Made by a program: the position numbers and the translations under genes. From Candidatus Omnitrophota bacterium (GTDB lineage Bacteria; Omnitrophota; Gorgyraeia; Gygaellales; Profunditerraquicolaceae), in the NCBI GenBank assembly GCA_011620275.1, contig WOZK01000017.1, positions 3,237 to 67,236 on the forward strand: DNA of 64,000 nucleotides, in the 5' to 3' direction. Under the pieces are notes generated by a model. That model was given only the letters and a program-made list of their open reading frames with translations, was not told where the DNA came from and ran no database searches. Of the stretch, positions 1 through 9,426 are shown one piece after another (the first letter of the stretch is position 1; each line of letters begins with the position of its first letter).

Positions 1-378
1 AATAATTTCAAGCTCAACAACGACAAGATAACCAGCGTGGAACAAGCCGGGAAAGCTGCCGACCAGGTGATGCGTTATCTGGAGCTGGAATCAATACTGG
101 TGACTATGGGAGAACAGGGGATGGCGCTTTTCGAGAAAGACGGCCGTTCAATCACGATACCGACGGTGGCGCAGGAGGTATTCGACGTCTCGGGAGCGGG
201 GGATACCGTAATAGCCGTTTTTACCCTGGCCCTGGCTTGCGGCGCCACTAAGGCCGAAGCCGCGCATATCGCCAATTTCGCGGCGGGCATAGTGGTCAGC
301 AAGCTGGGCACGGCGGTCACAAGCCGGGAGGAGTTGTTGAAGAAGATCAAAGAACACGCTTCGCGGGGGGTGCGTTGA
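1..378 (+). CDS. C-terminal fragment (5' end outside window) of a PfkB-family sugar kinase, likely the D-glycero-D-manno-heptose-7-phosphate kinase domain of HldE/RfaE
   Basis: ORF in frame from position 1. C-terminal GAGDTVIAV...AAGIVVSKLGT motif typical of the PfkB/HldE kinase domain. Sits directly upstream of the kds genes. Confidence 0.6.
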   Translation, partial: NNFKLNNDKITSVEQAGKAADQVMRYLELESILVTMGEQGMALFEKDGRSITIPTVAQEVFDVSGAGDTVIAVFTLALACGATKAEAAHIANFAAGIVVSKLGTAVTSREELLKKIKEHASRGVR

Positions 379-1121
379 TGGACGTTATCGGCGTTATCCC
401 GGCCCGTTACGCCTCCACCAGACTGGAAGGCAAGGTGCTGGCAGACATCGCCGGAAAACCGATGATCCGCCGTGTCTGGGAAAGGGCGCGTAAAGCGAAA
501 CTGCTGGATGATCTGCTGGTCGCTTGCGACGATGAAAGGATAGCCGAAACGGTAAAGGGCTTCGGCGGCAAGGCAGTAATGACCGCGAAGGCCCATACCT
601 GCGGCACCGACCGGATAGCGGAAGCGGTCTATCCGCTGGACGCCAGGGCGGTGGTGAACATACAGGCGGACGAACCTCTCCTGCAGCCGGTGATGATCGA
701 TCAGCTGGCGCAGGCTTTGCTTTCAGATGATTCAGCGTCAATGGTCACTCTGGCAAAACGCATAGAAAAGCAGGAGGAAATAACGGATCCCAACGTGGTC
801 AAGGTGGTTTTCGACAAGAATAACCTGGCGTTGTATTTTTCCCGCTCCGCCATACCTTACCACGCGGCCGGTTCCCGTGTTGAGGCACCGGTTTATTATA
901 AGCACGTAGGAATGTACGGATACACCAAGGATTTCCTTTTTACCTACAAGAATATGCCTCCTTCTTCCCTGGAGAAAACGGAGAAGCTCGAACAGCTCCG
1001 GGTGCTGGAGGCCGGTTGCCGCATCAAGGTTATAGAGACGCGTTATGAGACCATAGGTGTGGATACTGTCGAGGACCTGGAACGCGTGAAGGCGGCTATT
1101 GAGGTTTCGGGGGATAAATGA
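378..1121 (+). CDS. kdsB: 3-deoxy-manno-octulosonate cytidylyltransferase (CMP-KDO synthetase)
   Basis: N-terminal VIPARYASTRL(E)GK motif with full-length similarity to KdsB. ATG at 378 overlaps the upstream stop (ATGA). Confidence 0.9.
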   Translation: MDVIGVIPARYASTRLEGKVLADIAGKPMIRRVWERARKAKLLDDLLVACDDERIAETVKGFGGKAVMTAKAHTCGTDRIAEAVYPLDARAVVNIQADEPLLQPVMIDQLAQALLSDDSASMVTLAKRIEKQEEITDPNVVKVVFDKNNLALYFSRSAIPYHAAGSRVEAPVYYKHVGMYGYTKDFLFTYKNMPPSSLEKTEKLEQLRVLEAGCRIKVIETRYETIGVDTVEDLERVKAAIEVSGDK

Positions 1122-1957
1122 AGACGTCCGTAAGGGAGATAACCATAAGCGGGACAGTAAAGGTCGGCGGAAGGCGTCCGCCTCTGCTTATCGCCGGGCC
1201 CTGCGTTATAGAGTCGGAGAAACACTGTCTTTTGGTCGGCAGAAAGATTAAAGATATCGCGGCCGCGCACGGCGTCGCTTACGTCTTCAAGGCCAGTTAC
1301 GACAAGGCGAACAGGCTTTCCGGGACCTCTTTTCGCGGACCAGGTATCAAGGCGGGGCTGAAGGTGCTTTCCGCGGTCAAGAAAAAACTTGATGTTCCCG
1401 TCTTGAGCGACGTGCATTGCCGCGAAGAAGTGGCCTCCGCCGCCAGGGTGCTGGATGTTCTGCAGATTCCGGCTTTCCTCTGCAGACAGACGGATCTCGT
1501 CGCGGAAGCGGCGCGCAGCGGCAGGGCGGTGAACATCAAGAAAGGCCAATTCCTTTCCCCCTGGGACATCGCCCCGATAGTCGCCAAGGCCGAGGCCTGC
1601 GGCAACAGGAGGATATTGCTTACCGACAGGGGATACTCGTTCGGTTATAATAACCTGGTCAGCGATCTGCGCAGTCTGGCCGTGATGCGCCGTACCGGAT
1701 GCCCCGTGATTTACGACGCCACGCACAGCGTGCAGCTGCCGGGAGGCAAGGGCGGGGCGTCTTCCGGACAGAGAGAATTCGTGGAAGCCCTGGCGCGCGC
1801 CGCCGTGGCCTTCGGCTGCGACGGCCTGTTCCTGGAGGTCCATCCGGACCCGGACAACGCCCCGTGCGACGGCCCGAACATGATAGATTTCGGCACGCTG
1901 GACGCCCTGCTGGGGCAGGTGAAGGCAATCAGCGACAGCCTTAAAGCTGCAGTTTGA
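1118..1957 (+). CDS. kdsA: 2-dehydro-3-deoxyphosphooctonate aldolase (KDO-8-phosphate synthase)
   Basis: GPCVIES...FKASYDKANR...DVH motifs of the DAHP/KDO8P synthase family. Start overlaps the kdsB stop. Confidence 0.9.
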   Translation: MKTSVREITISGTVKVGGRRPPLLIAGPCVIESEKHCLLVGRKIKDIAAAHGVAYVFKASYDKANRLSGTSFRGPGIKAGLKVLSAVKKKLDVPVLSDVHCREEVASAARVLDVLQIPAFLCRQTDLVAEAARSGRAVNIKKGQFLSPWDIAPIVAKAEACGNRRILLTDRGYSFGYNNLVSDLRSLAVMRRTGCPVIYDATHSVQLPGGKGGASSGQREFVEALARAAVAFGCDGLFLEVHPDPDNAPCDGPNMIDFGTLDALLGQVKAISDSLKAAV

Positions 1958-1971
1958 AAGAGAGCGGGTAA

Positions 1972-2934
1972 ATGGATATATTAAAAAGGGCCAGACAGGT
2001 TTTCGACATAGAGGCGAAAGCGGTCCTGGAATTGAAGAGCGGGCTGGGCGCGGATTTCCGCCGTGCGGTGAAAATAATAATGTCCTGTAAAGGCAGGGTC
2101 GTGGTGACTGGGATGGGGAAAGCCGGCATCATCGGCCAGAAACTCTCCGCTACGCTTGCCTCTACCGGGACACCAAGCCTTTTCTTGCATTCGGCGGAGG
2201 CCATCCACGGCGACCTCGGGAGGGTCACCCGCGAGGACTCGGTGGTTATCCTTTCCAACAGCGGAGAGACGGACGAAGTTAAGAGACTGTTGCCTTTGCT
2301 CAAGAAGATGGGGGCGAAGGTCGTCGCGGTAACCGGCAACGCCTCTTCTTCTCTGGCGAAATACAGCGACGCCGTGTTGAACACCTGCGTCAAGAAGGAG
2401 GCCTGCCCTCTGGGACTGGCGCCGACTTCTTCCACCACGGCGATGCTGGCTATGTGCGACGCGCTTGCGGTCTGCCTTTTGGATCTGCGCGGTTTCAAGG
2501 AGCAGGATTTCGCTTTTTACCATCCGGGCGGGGCTTTGGGAAAAAGATTGCTGCTTAAAGTGGAGGATATAATGCGCAAGGGCCCGGCCAATCCAGTGGT
2601 GGAGGAGGACTCTAAAATCTCGGCGGTGCTTCTAAAGATAACGCACGCGCGCGCCGGCAGCGCCTCGGTCGTGGACGCCAAAGGAAGGTTAAGCGGGATA
2701 TTCACCGACGGCGATCTGCGCCGCAACCTGGAGTCCGGGAAATCGATCACCGGTCTGCCGGTCAGAGAAGTGATGACGCGCAACCCGGTGAGGGTAAGAG
2801 CGCAGATGCTGGCGGCGGAGGCGGTACGTCTGCTGCAGGAGAAAAAAATAGACGAATTGCCGGTAGTGGACGAAAAGTCCAGGCCGGTCGGACTGCTCGA
2901 CGTGCAGGATTTATTGAAAGCCGGCTTGATATGA
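1972..2934 (+). CDS. kdsD: Arabinose-5-phosphate isomerase (SIS domain plus tandem CBS domains)
   Basis: SIS-domain VVTGMGKAG...SNSGET motifs and C-terminal CBS pair. Position within the kds operon. Confidence 0.85.
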   Translation: MDILKRARQVFDIEAKAVLELKSGLGADFRRAVKIIMSCKGRVVVTGMGKAGIIGQKLSATLASTGTPSLFLHSAEAIHGDLGRVTREDSVVILSNSGETDEVKRLLPLLKKMGAKVVAVTGNASSSLAKYSDAVLNTCVKKEACPLGLAPTSSTTAMLAMCDALAVCLLDLRGFKEQDFAFYHPGGALGKRLLLKVEDIMRKGPANPVVEEDSKISAVLLKITHARAGSASVVDAKGRLSGIFTDGDLRRNLESGKSITGLPVREVMTRNPVRVRAQMLAAEAVRLLQEKKIDELPVVDEKSRPVGLLDVQDLLKAGLI

Positions 2935-3482
2935 CGGAAACCAGCGGTATGGTTCCTTTGAAAGTGAAAGAGAAGGCCGGCAGGGTCGGGCTTCTGCTGC
3001 TGGATGTCGACGGCGTGCTTACCGACGGCAGGATCATCTACGATTCCGGGGGCCGCGATTCCAAGTTCTTCGACGTGCACGACGGGATGGGAGTCCATCT
3101 GTTGAAAAAAGCCGACATACCGACCGTGCTTATAACCGCCAAAGGTTCGAGAGCGATCAAGCCGCGCGCCAGGGATATGCGTGTGGATGCGGTATATGCG
3201 GATGTTTCTCCCAAAAGTTCGGTTCTGGAGAAGATCCTTTCCAAGTACGGGCGTAGCGCAGATGAGGTCTGTTTCGTCGGCGACGACCTGGTTGACCTTT
3301 GCTTGATGAGAAGAGTGGGGCTGCCCGTGGCCGTGGCCAACGCCTGCGAGGAGATAAAACGCGCCGCCGCATACGTTACCTCGCGTTACGGCGGCAGGGG
3401 GGCGGTGCGCGAGGTGGCGGAAATTATATTGAAGGCGCACGGCCGGTGGGACGAACTCGTCGGGAAATATTATGATATGTAG
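2931..3482 (+). CDS. kdsC: 3-deoxy-D-manno-octulosonate 8-phosphate phosphatase (HAD superfamily)
   Basis: HAD motif LLLLDVDGVLTDG...GDDLVD, about 180 aa. Operon context. Confidence 0.85.
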   Translation: MTETSGMVPLKVKEKAGRVGLLLLDVDGVLTDGRIIYDSGGRDSKFFDVHDGMGVHLLKKADIPTVLITAKGSRAIKPRARDMRVDAVYADVSPKSSVLEKILSKYGRSADEVCFVGDDLVDLCLMRRVGLPVAVANACEEIKRAAAYVTSRYGGRGAVREVAEIILKAHGRWDELVGKYYDM

Positions 3483-4356
3483 AGGCGTATTCACGGCGTT
3501 TATAATGCTGCTGCTTTTTGCGCAAGCCGCGGCGCAGGAGACGCCGAACGCCGAGAAGCAGGAAGTCCCTCAGCAGATAAATGATTTCTCTATATCCGGT
3601 TACGGCGAAAAAGGCAGGAAATCCTGGGATGTCTCCGGCAAAAGCGCGGATATTCTCGAGGACAAGATCAATCTAAAGGAAGTAAAAGGCAATCTTTACG
3701 GCGAAGATGACGACGTCAGCCTGACCGCAGACAAAGGGGTTTTTCACCGGGAGGCGGGAGTGGTGCATCTGGAAAAGAACGTTTTTATTACCACCGCTTC
3801 CGGGGTCAAGTTGACTACCGATTCCCTCGATTGGGACAGAAAGAACCAGCTGGTCGACACGCCGGACGAGGTAAACATCGAGCGGCAGAATATGATCGCC
3901 AACGCCCTGGGGGCAAGCGGAAGGCCCGCCCTGAACCAGGTGACCTTAAAGAAAAACATCAAGGCGGAGATAACTCCGGACAAACCGGACGCCGCGGAAG
4001 AGGACAGGGCGAAGGTGATCGTTACCTGCGACGGTCCGGTGGATATAGATTACGCGAAGAACGTCGCCGTATTCAGGAACAACGTGAAGATCGATAGAAC
4101 GGACGCGCAGGTCTACAGCGACGAGATGACGGTGTATTTCTCCCGCAAGGCAGATGCGGTGAAAAGCGGGAAGGACATGAACGGCAGCCTGAAGCGGATA
4201 GTAGCCAGGGGCAACGTCAAGGTAGTCAGAGGGGAAAATATTTCTTACAGCGAAGAAGCGGTGTATAACGCCTCCGACGGCCGCATAGTCCTGACCGGCA
4301 AACCCAAATTGATCATCAATTCCCCGGAGGAGATGAATGCATCTTTTGGAAACTAA
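3472..4356 (+). CDS. LPS export periplasmic protein with two OstA/LptA-like segments (LptC-LptA-like fusion or extended LptA) and an N-terminal signal/anchor
   Basis: Hydrophobic N-terminus, then two OstA-fold-like beta-rich segments. Occupies the lptC-lptA position between kdsC and lptB. Confidence 0.65.
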   Translation: MICRGVFTAFIMLLLFAQAAAQETPNAEKQEVPQQINDFSISGYGEKGRKSWDVSGKSADILEDKINLKEVKGNLYGEDDDVSLTADKGVFHREAGVVHLEKNVFITTASGVKLTTDSLDWDRKNQLVDTPDEVNIERQNMIANALGASGRPALNQVTLKKNIKAEITPDKPDAAEEDRAKVIVTCDGPVDIDYAKNVAVFRNNVKIDRTDAQVYSDEMTVYFSRKADAVKSGKDMNGSLKRIVARGNVKVVRGENISYSEEAVYNASDGRIVLTGKPKLIINSPEEMNASFGN

Positions 4357-5059
4357 GGACCTTTGCAAGAGTTACGACGGCAGGGAAGTCGTGAAAGGGG
4401 TCAACATTCTGGTGAAAAGGGGTGAGATTGTCGGCCTGCTCGGGCCAAACGGCGCGGGCAAGACGACCACTTTTTACATGATCGTGGGGATCATCCCGCC
4501 CAATCGCGGGAAAATAATCTTCGACAACCATGATATAACCGGGTTGAGCATCCACGAGAGGGCGCGTTTCGGCATCGGGTATCTTGCCCAGGAGGCTTCG
4601 ATATTCAGGAAGCTTACCGTGGAAGAGAACATTATGGCGATACTGGAAACCCTGCCGATAAACCGTCAGGAACGCGAAAGGCGCCTTAGGGAGCTGTTGA
4701 GTGAGTTGAACATATCCCATTTGGCAAAGAGCAAGGCCTTCACTCTTTCCGGGGGGGAAAGGCGCCGGCTGGAGATCACGCGCGCTCTCGTCACCAATCC
4801 GTCTTTCATCCTGCTGGACGAGCCGTTCTCCGGCATAGATCCGATAGTGGTAAGCGAGGCGCAGGGGATAATCAGGGACCTGCGCAACCGCGGACTGGGC
4901 ATATTGCTGACCGACCATAACGTCAGAGAAACCCTTTCCATAACCGACAGGGCCTATCTTATCACCGAAGGCAATATACTTATTTCCGGCACCGCCGCCG
5001 AACTGATAAACAACTCCAAGGCCAGAGAGATATATCTGGGAGAAAAATTCAGCATGTAG
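4337..5059 (+). CDS. lptB: LPS export ABC transporter ATP-binding protein
   Basis: Walker A GPNGAGKTT, ABC signature LSGGERRRLEI, Walker B ILLDEP, 240 aa. Lpt operon context. Confidence 0.9.
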   Translation: MHLLETKDLCKSYDGREVVKGVNILVKRGEIVGLLGPNGAGKTTTFYMIVGIIPPNRGKIIFDNHDITGLSIHERARFGIGYLAQEASIFRKLTVEENIMAILETLPINRQERERRLRELLSELNISHLAKSKAFTLSGGERRRLEITRALVTNPSFILLDEPFSGIDPIVVSEAQGIIRDLRNRGLGILLTDHNVRETLSITDRAYLITEGNILISGTAAELINNSKAREIYLGEKFSM

Positions 5060-5118
5060 GAACGCGTATCAACTCAAGGAAACATTAACCCTGCACAGGT
5101 TCAAGAAAGGGAAGTATC

Positions 5119-5997
5119 ATGAAAACGGAAACAAAGAAAGTTGATGGAACGATTAGAGAATTGAGGGTGGAAGTCTCGGGCGATGTCGTGAAGAATAAGT
5201 TCGACGGCGCCTTCAAACAGATAGGCGCGCAGGCTAAATATCCCGGTTTCCGTGCCGGACACGTGCCGCGCGATATTCTGGAGAAGAAATTCTACGAGGC
5301 CGTGCATGACTTGGTGCTGAAAGAACTCCTGCCGGAGATTTATAATAAAGCGCTGGAACAGGAAAAACTTGACGTGGTATCCCTGCCGGAGATATCCGAA
5401 GTGAAACTGGATCTGACGGCACTTTCTTTCAAGGCTAAGGTCCACGTCAGCCCCGAGATCAAACTCGGAGAATACAAGGGGATTAAGCTTTCCTACAGGC
5501 GGATAAAGGTCGATCCCGCCGAGATAGACAGGAACCTTGAGACCGTCAAGGAAACACGCAAGGCCGGGGACTTGGATGATTCTTTCGCGCGGGGCCTCGG
5601 TTACCCTGACCTTGTTGAACTCAAAAAGGCATTCGAGCGCCAGATCGCCCTTCGCAGCGACAATATTCAGCGACAGGCGCTGGAGGATACCCTGATCGAG
5701 GCGTTGTGCGGCAAGCTCGATTTTAAACTGCCCCAGCCGCTCGTCGACCGCCAGCTCAACGATATGCTGCGGCAGGCCAAGATGGACATGGCGATGAAAG
5801 GCGTGCCGGCCGATAAACTTGAGGAACAGGAAACGGAGTTGAAAAAGGAACTGGAACCGATGGCCAGGGCGCAGGTGAAGACCTATCTCGTGCTTTCTGA
5901 GATCGCCAGGCGGGAAAAAATAGCGGATGATGAACATCTGCCGCGTAATGTCATCGAATTCCTTTTCAGGAACGCGGCGTGGGAGATAAAGGATTAA
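5119..5997 (+). CDS. tig: Trigger factor lacking the central PPIase domain (N-terminal ribosome-binding domain plus C-terminal chaperone domain only)
   Basis: GFRAGHVP ribosome-binding signature. Only 292 aa versus about 430. The sequence runs straight from the arm/linker into C-domain-like DDSFARGLG... and sits upstream of clpP. Confidence 0.8.
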   Translation: MKTETKKVDGTIRELRVEVSGDVVKNKFDGAFKQIGAQAKYPGFRAGHVPRDILEKKFYEAVHDLVLKELLPEIYNKALEQEKLDVVSLPEISEVKLDLTALSFKAKVHVSPEIKLGEYKGIKLSYRRIKVDPAEIDRNLETVKETRKAGDLDDSFARGLGYPDLVELKKAFERQIALRSDNIQRQALEDTLIEALCGKLDFKLPQPLVDRQLNDMLRQAKMDMAMKGVPADKLEEQETELKKELEPMARAQVKTYLVLSEIARREKIADDEHLPRNVIEFLFRNAAWEIKD

Positions 5998-6053
5998 CCG
6001 GAACTTTTAACTGCCGTGCCGGCTCTTCCGGCGCGTTCCAAGGAGGTACGTTG

Positions 6054-6656
6054 ATGACAGAGAAAATGCAGACACTTGTCCCGATGGTCATAGAACAGAC
6101 GGCGCGCGGTTACGAGCGGGCTTATGATATATATTCGCGGCTGTTGAAGGACAGAATAATCTTCATCGGCACGCCGATAGACGATAACATAGCCAATCTG
6201 GTCATCGCGCAGATGCTTTTTCTGCAGATGGAGGACGCCGCTAAAGACATCAACATCTATATCAATTCTCCAGGAGGGGCTGTGACCGCCGGGCTGGCGA
6301 TTTATGATACCATGCAGTTCTTGAAGTGCGCCGTTGCCACCTACTGTATCGGGCAGGCGGCGAGTATGGGCGCCATCCTACTCGGAGCCGGGACCAAAGG
6401 CAAACGGTTCGTCCTTCCAAATTCCCGCATTATGATACATCAGCCATGGGGAGGGGTGCAGGGAGTAGCCGAGGATATCTCCATCCATGCCAGAGAGATA
6501 CTGAAACTGCGGGACAAGATCAACGGCATACTTGCCAAGCACACCGGACAGAACATGGAAAGGATACAGAAGGACACCGACAGGGATTTTTTCATGTCGG
6601 CGGAAGAAGCCAAAGAATACGGTTTAATAGACGAGGTTATAATCAGCAAAAAATAG
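6054..6656 (+). CDS. clpP: ATP-dependent Clp protease proteolytic subunit
   Basis: [10 protein letters not shown]...[20 protein letters not shown]...ASMGA motifs including the catalytic Ser. AGGAGG RBS 6 nt upstream of the ATG at 6054. Confidence 0.92.
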   Translation: MTEKMQTLVPMVIEQTARGYERAYDIYSRLLKDRIIFIGTPIDDNIANLVIAQMLFLQMEDAAKDINIYINSPGGAVTAGLAIYDTMQFLKCAVATYCIGQAASMGAILLGAGTKGKRFVLPNSRIMIHQPWGGVQGVAEDISIHAREILKLRDKINGILAKHTGQNMERIQKDTDRDFFMSAEEAKEYGLIDEVIISKK

Positions 6657-6683
6657 CTTTTTAAGCTCCGGGAGGTCGTTAAA

Positions 6684-7823
6684 ATGAGAAAGAATTATCT
6701 GTTGACGCCTGGCCCCACGCCGCTGCCGCCGGAGGTTTGTTCGGCGCAGGCGAGGCCGATAATACACCATCGCACGCCGCAGTTCCAGGCTGAGTTGAAA
6801 GAGGCGTTCGCCGGGTTGAAGTATATTTTTCAAACGGAGAGGGATGTTTTTATTCTTTCTTCTTCCGGCACCGGCGCTATGGAGACCGCCGTGGTCAATC
6901 TTTTGTCGCCCGGCGAAACTGCGCTTGTGATTGAAGGCGGCAAATTCGGGCAGAGATGGAGCGAAATCTGCCGGGCCCACGGCATTTCCGTGAAGACACT
7001 GGAAGTCGAGTGGGGGAAGGCGGCCGATCCCAAGGCAGTGGCCGCGGCCCTCAAGGCCGATCTTTCCATCAAGGCGGTTTTCGCCACCCTCTGCGAGACA
7101 TCCACCGGCGTGACCTTCGACATCCGCGGTTTCGGCGAAGCGGTAAGCGCTTCCCCGGCGGTGCTGGCGGTGGACGCCGTCAGCGGTCTGGGGGCGATAG
7201 AACTGAAGACCGACGAATGGGGAGTGGACGTCTGCGTTTCCGGTTCCCAGAAGGGATTGATGCTGCCTCCGGGATTGGGATTCATCTCTGTGAGCGCTAA
7301 GGCCTGGAAGATGGTGGAAGCGTCTAAGTCCTCGCGTTATTACTGGGACCTGCGCAGGGCGAAGAAGGCCATAGACAAGACCGATACCGCTTTCACTCCG
7401 GCGATATCCCTGGTGATAGCGCTTAACGAGAGCCTGAGGATGATGAAAGAGGACGGTCTGGAGAAGATATTCGCCAGGCACCACCGGATGGGGGAGGCGG
7501 TGCGCGCGGCGGTGAAAGCCCTGGGTCTTTCTCTATTCGCGCCTTCCGCGGCCTCGGACGTGGTTACGTCGATATACGTTCCGTCCGGCATAGACGGGGA
7601 GAAACTGGTTAAGACCATGCGCGATATCTACGGCGTAACCATCGCCGGAGGTCAGGACGAGATGAAAGGCAAGCTTATCCGGATAGCGCATATGGGTTAT
7701 ATAGAGGAGTTCGACATAATAGTGGGTATTTCCTGTTTGGAAAAAGTTTTGAGCAAGATGGGATATAAGTTCATTTTGGGCAGCGGTGTGAAGGCCGCCC
7801 AGGAAGTATTCTTGCAGGATTGA
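6684..7823 (+). CDS. Class V aminotransferase (phosphoserine / serine-pyruvate aminotransferase family), probable phosphoserine aminotransferase
   Basis: N-terminal LLTPGPTPLP, 379 aa. Directly upstream of serA. Confidence 0.75.
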   Translation: MRKNYLLTPGPTPLPPEVCSAQARPIIHHRTPQFQAELKEAFAGLKYIFQTERDVFILSSSGTGAMETAVVNLLSPGETALVIEGGKFGQRWSEICRAHGISVKTLEVEWGKAADPKAVAAALKADLSIKAVFATLCETSTGVTFDIRGFGEAVSASPAVLAVDAVSGLGAIELKTDEWGVDVCVSGSQKGLMLPPGLGFISVSAKAWKMVEASKSSRYYWDLRRAKKAIDKTDTAFTPAISLVIALNESLRMMKEDGLEKIFARHHRMGEAVRAAVKALGLSLFAPSAASDVVTSIYVPSGIDGEKLVKTMRDIYGVTIAGGQDEMKGKLIRIAHMGYIEEFDIIVGISCLEKVLSKMGYKFILGSGVKAAQEVFLQD

Positions 7824-7836
7824 AAAGCGGAGGTGA

Positions 7837-9426
7837 GTGATGGCGAAGGTATTGGTCAGCGATCCCCTTTCCGAGGAGGGGCTTAAAATATTACAGGAGA
7901 GCGGCGGTCTGCAGGTAGATGTCAGGACCGATTTGACCCCTGAGCAGCTCAAGGGCGTTATCGGGGATTACGACGCCCTGGTGGTGCGCAGCGCCACCAA
8001 GGTCACGCGCGACGTGATATCGGCGGCGGCCAGACTTAAAGTAATCGGCAGGGCGGGCGTGGGGCTGGACAACGTCGACCTCGAGGCCGCCACGCAAAAA
8101 GGTATCATAGTGATGAATACCCCGGCCGGCAACACAATGTCCACTGCCGAGCACACGGTGAGTATGATTCTCTCGCTGGCCAGGAACATCCCGCAGGCCA
8201 GCGCCTCGGTCAAGAGAGGCGAGTGGAAGCGTTCCAAATTCACGGGGGTCGAGCTTTACGGAAAGACGCTCGGCATCGTGGGATTGGGCAGGATCGGCAC
8301 CGAGGTGGCCAAGCGCGCTTTTTCTTTCGGCATGCGGATCCTGGCTTTCGACCCCTTTCTTTCCCGGCAGGTGGCCGAAGAACTGGGAATAGAGATAGTG
8401 GAGCTGAAAGAACTTTTCAAACGCTCGGATTTCATAACCATACATACCCCGCTTACCGCGGATACCAAGCATCTTATATCTACGGAGCAATTCGCGTTGA
8501 TGAAGAAAGGCGTGCGGCTGGTAAATTGCGCTCGCGGAGGAATCGTGGATGAGGCGGCCCTGGTCGCGGCGGTGAAAGAAGGGAAGGTCGCCGGAGCGGC
8601 CCTGGACGTTTTTGAAAAAGAACCGGTCTCTCCCGATAACGAACTACTGCAACTTGACGAGGTCATCACTACACCTCATCTTGGCGCTTCCACAGAGGAG
8701 GCGCAAGTGAATGTCTCTATCGAGGTCGCCGAAATAGTGCGGGACGCGCTGCTCGGCCGCGGCATACGCAACGCGGCGAATTATCCTTCCCTGGAGAACG
8801 AGGTCTATAAGGTGCTGGAGCCTTACACAGTGCTGGCGGAGCGGCTCGGTATATTCGCCGGACAACTGGCCGAGGGAAGGTTCCATGAAATAAAGATTAC
8901 CTACGTCGGAGACATCATCAAATACAACCTGACGCCTTTGACCATGGCGATCGCTAAAGGGCTGCTTTCCCCGATATTGAAGGAAACGGTCAATTTCATC
9001 AATGCCACTTCACTGGCCAAGGAACGCGGCATCAATATTACCGAGACAAAATCGCCTAAAGAGGGGGAGTTCGTAACTCTCGTGCAGTTGGAGATCAATA
9101 CGGACAAGGAATCGCGTAGGATAGCCGGCACTTTGTCCGCCAACAAGCAGCCGCGCATAGTCAAGATCGACGATTATTACGTGGAATCTTCTCCGGTCGG
9201 AGAAATGCTTTTCATCCGCAACCGCGACGTGCCCGGTATAATCGGCGGGCTGGGGTCGCTGATGGGGCAGTATAATATCAACATCGCGGCCATGAGTTTC
9301 GGCCGGCAGATTGCCGGGGGCACGGCCCTTTCCGTGTTGAATGTGGACAGCGTTCTTACCCAGGAGGTGCTGGAGAAGGTCAGGAAGATAGAGAATGTTC
9401 TTTACGCGAAAGTGATAAAGATATGA
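7837..9426 (+). CDS. serA: D-3-phosphoglycerate dehydrogenase (long form with ASB and ACT domains)
   Basis: 2-hydroxyacid dehydrogenase Rossmann motif GLGRIG and catalytic region, with a C-terminal ACT domain. 529 aa. Confidence 0.9.
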   Translation: MMAKVLVSDPLSEEGLKILQESGGLQVDVRTDLTPEQLKGVIGDYDALVVRSATKVTRDVISAAARLKVIGRAGVGLDNVDLEAATQKGIIVMNTPAGNTMSTAEHTVSMILSLARNIPQASASVKRGEWKRSKFTGVELYGKTLGIVGLGRIGTEVAKRAFSFGMRILAFDPFLSRQVAEELGIEIVELKELFKRSDFITIHTPLTADTKHLISTEQFALMKKGVRLVNCARGGIVDEAALVAAVKEGKVAGAALDVFEKEPVSPDNELLQLDEVITTPHLGASTEEAQVNVSIEVAEIVRDALLGRGIRNAANYPSLENEVYKVLEPYTVLAERLGIFAGQLAEGRFHEIKITYVGDIIKYNLTPLTMAIAKGLLSPILKETVNFINATSLAKERGINITETKSPKEGEFVTLVQLEINTDKESRRIAGTLSANKQPRIVKIDDYYVESSPVGEMLFIRNRDVPGIIGGLGSLMGQYNINIAAMSFGRQIAGGTALSVLNVDSVLTQEVLEKVRKIENVLYAKVIKI

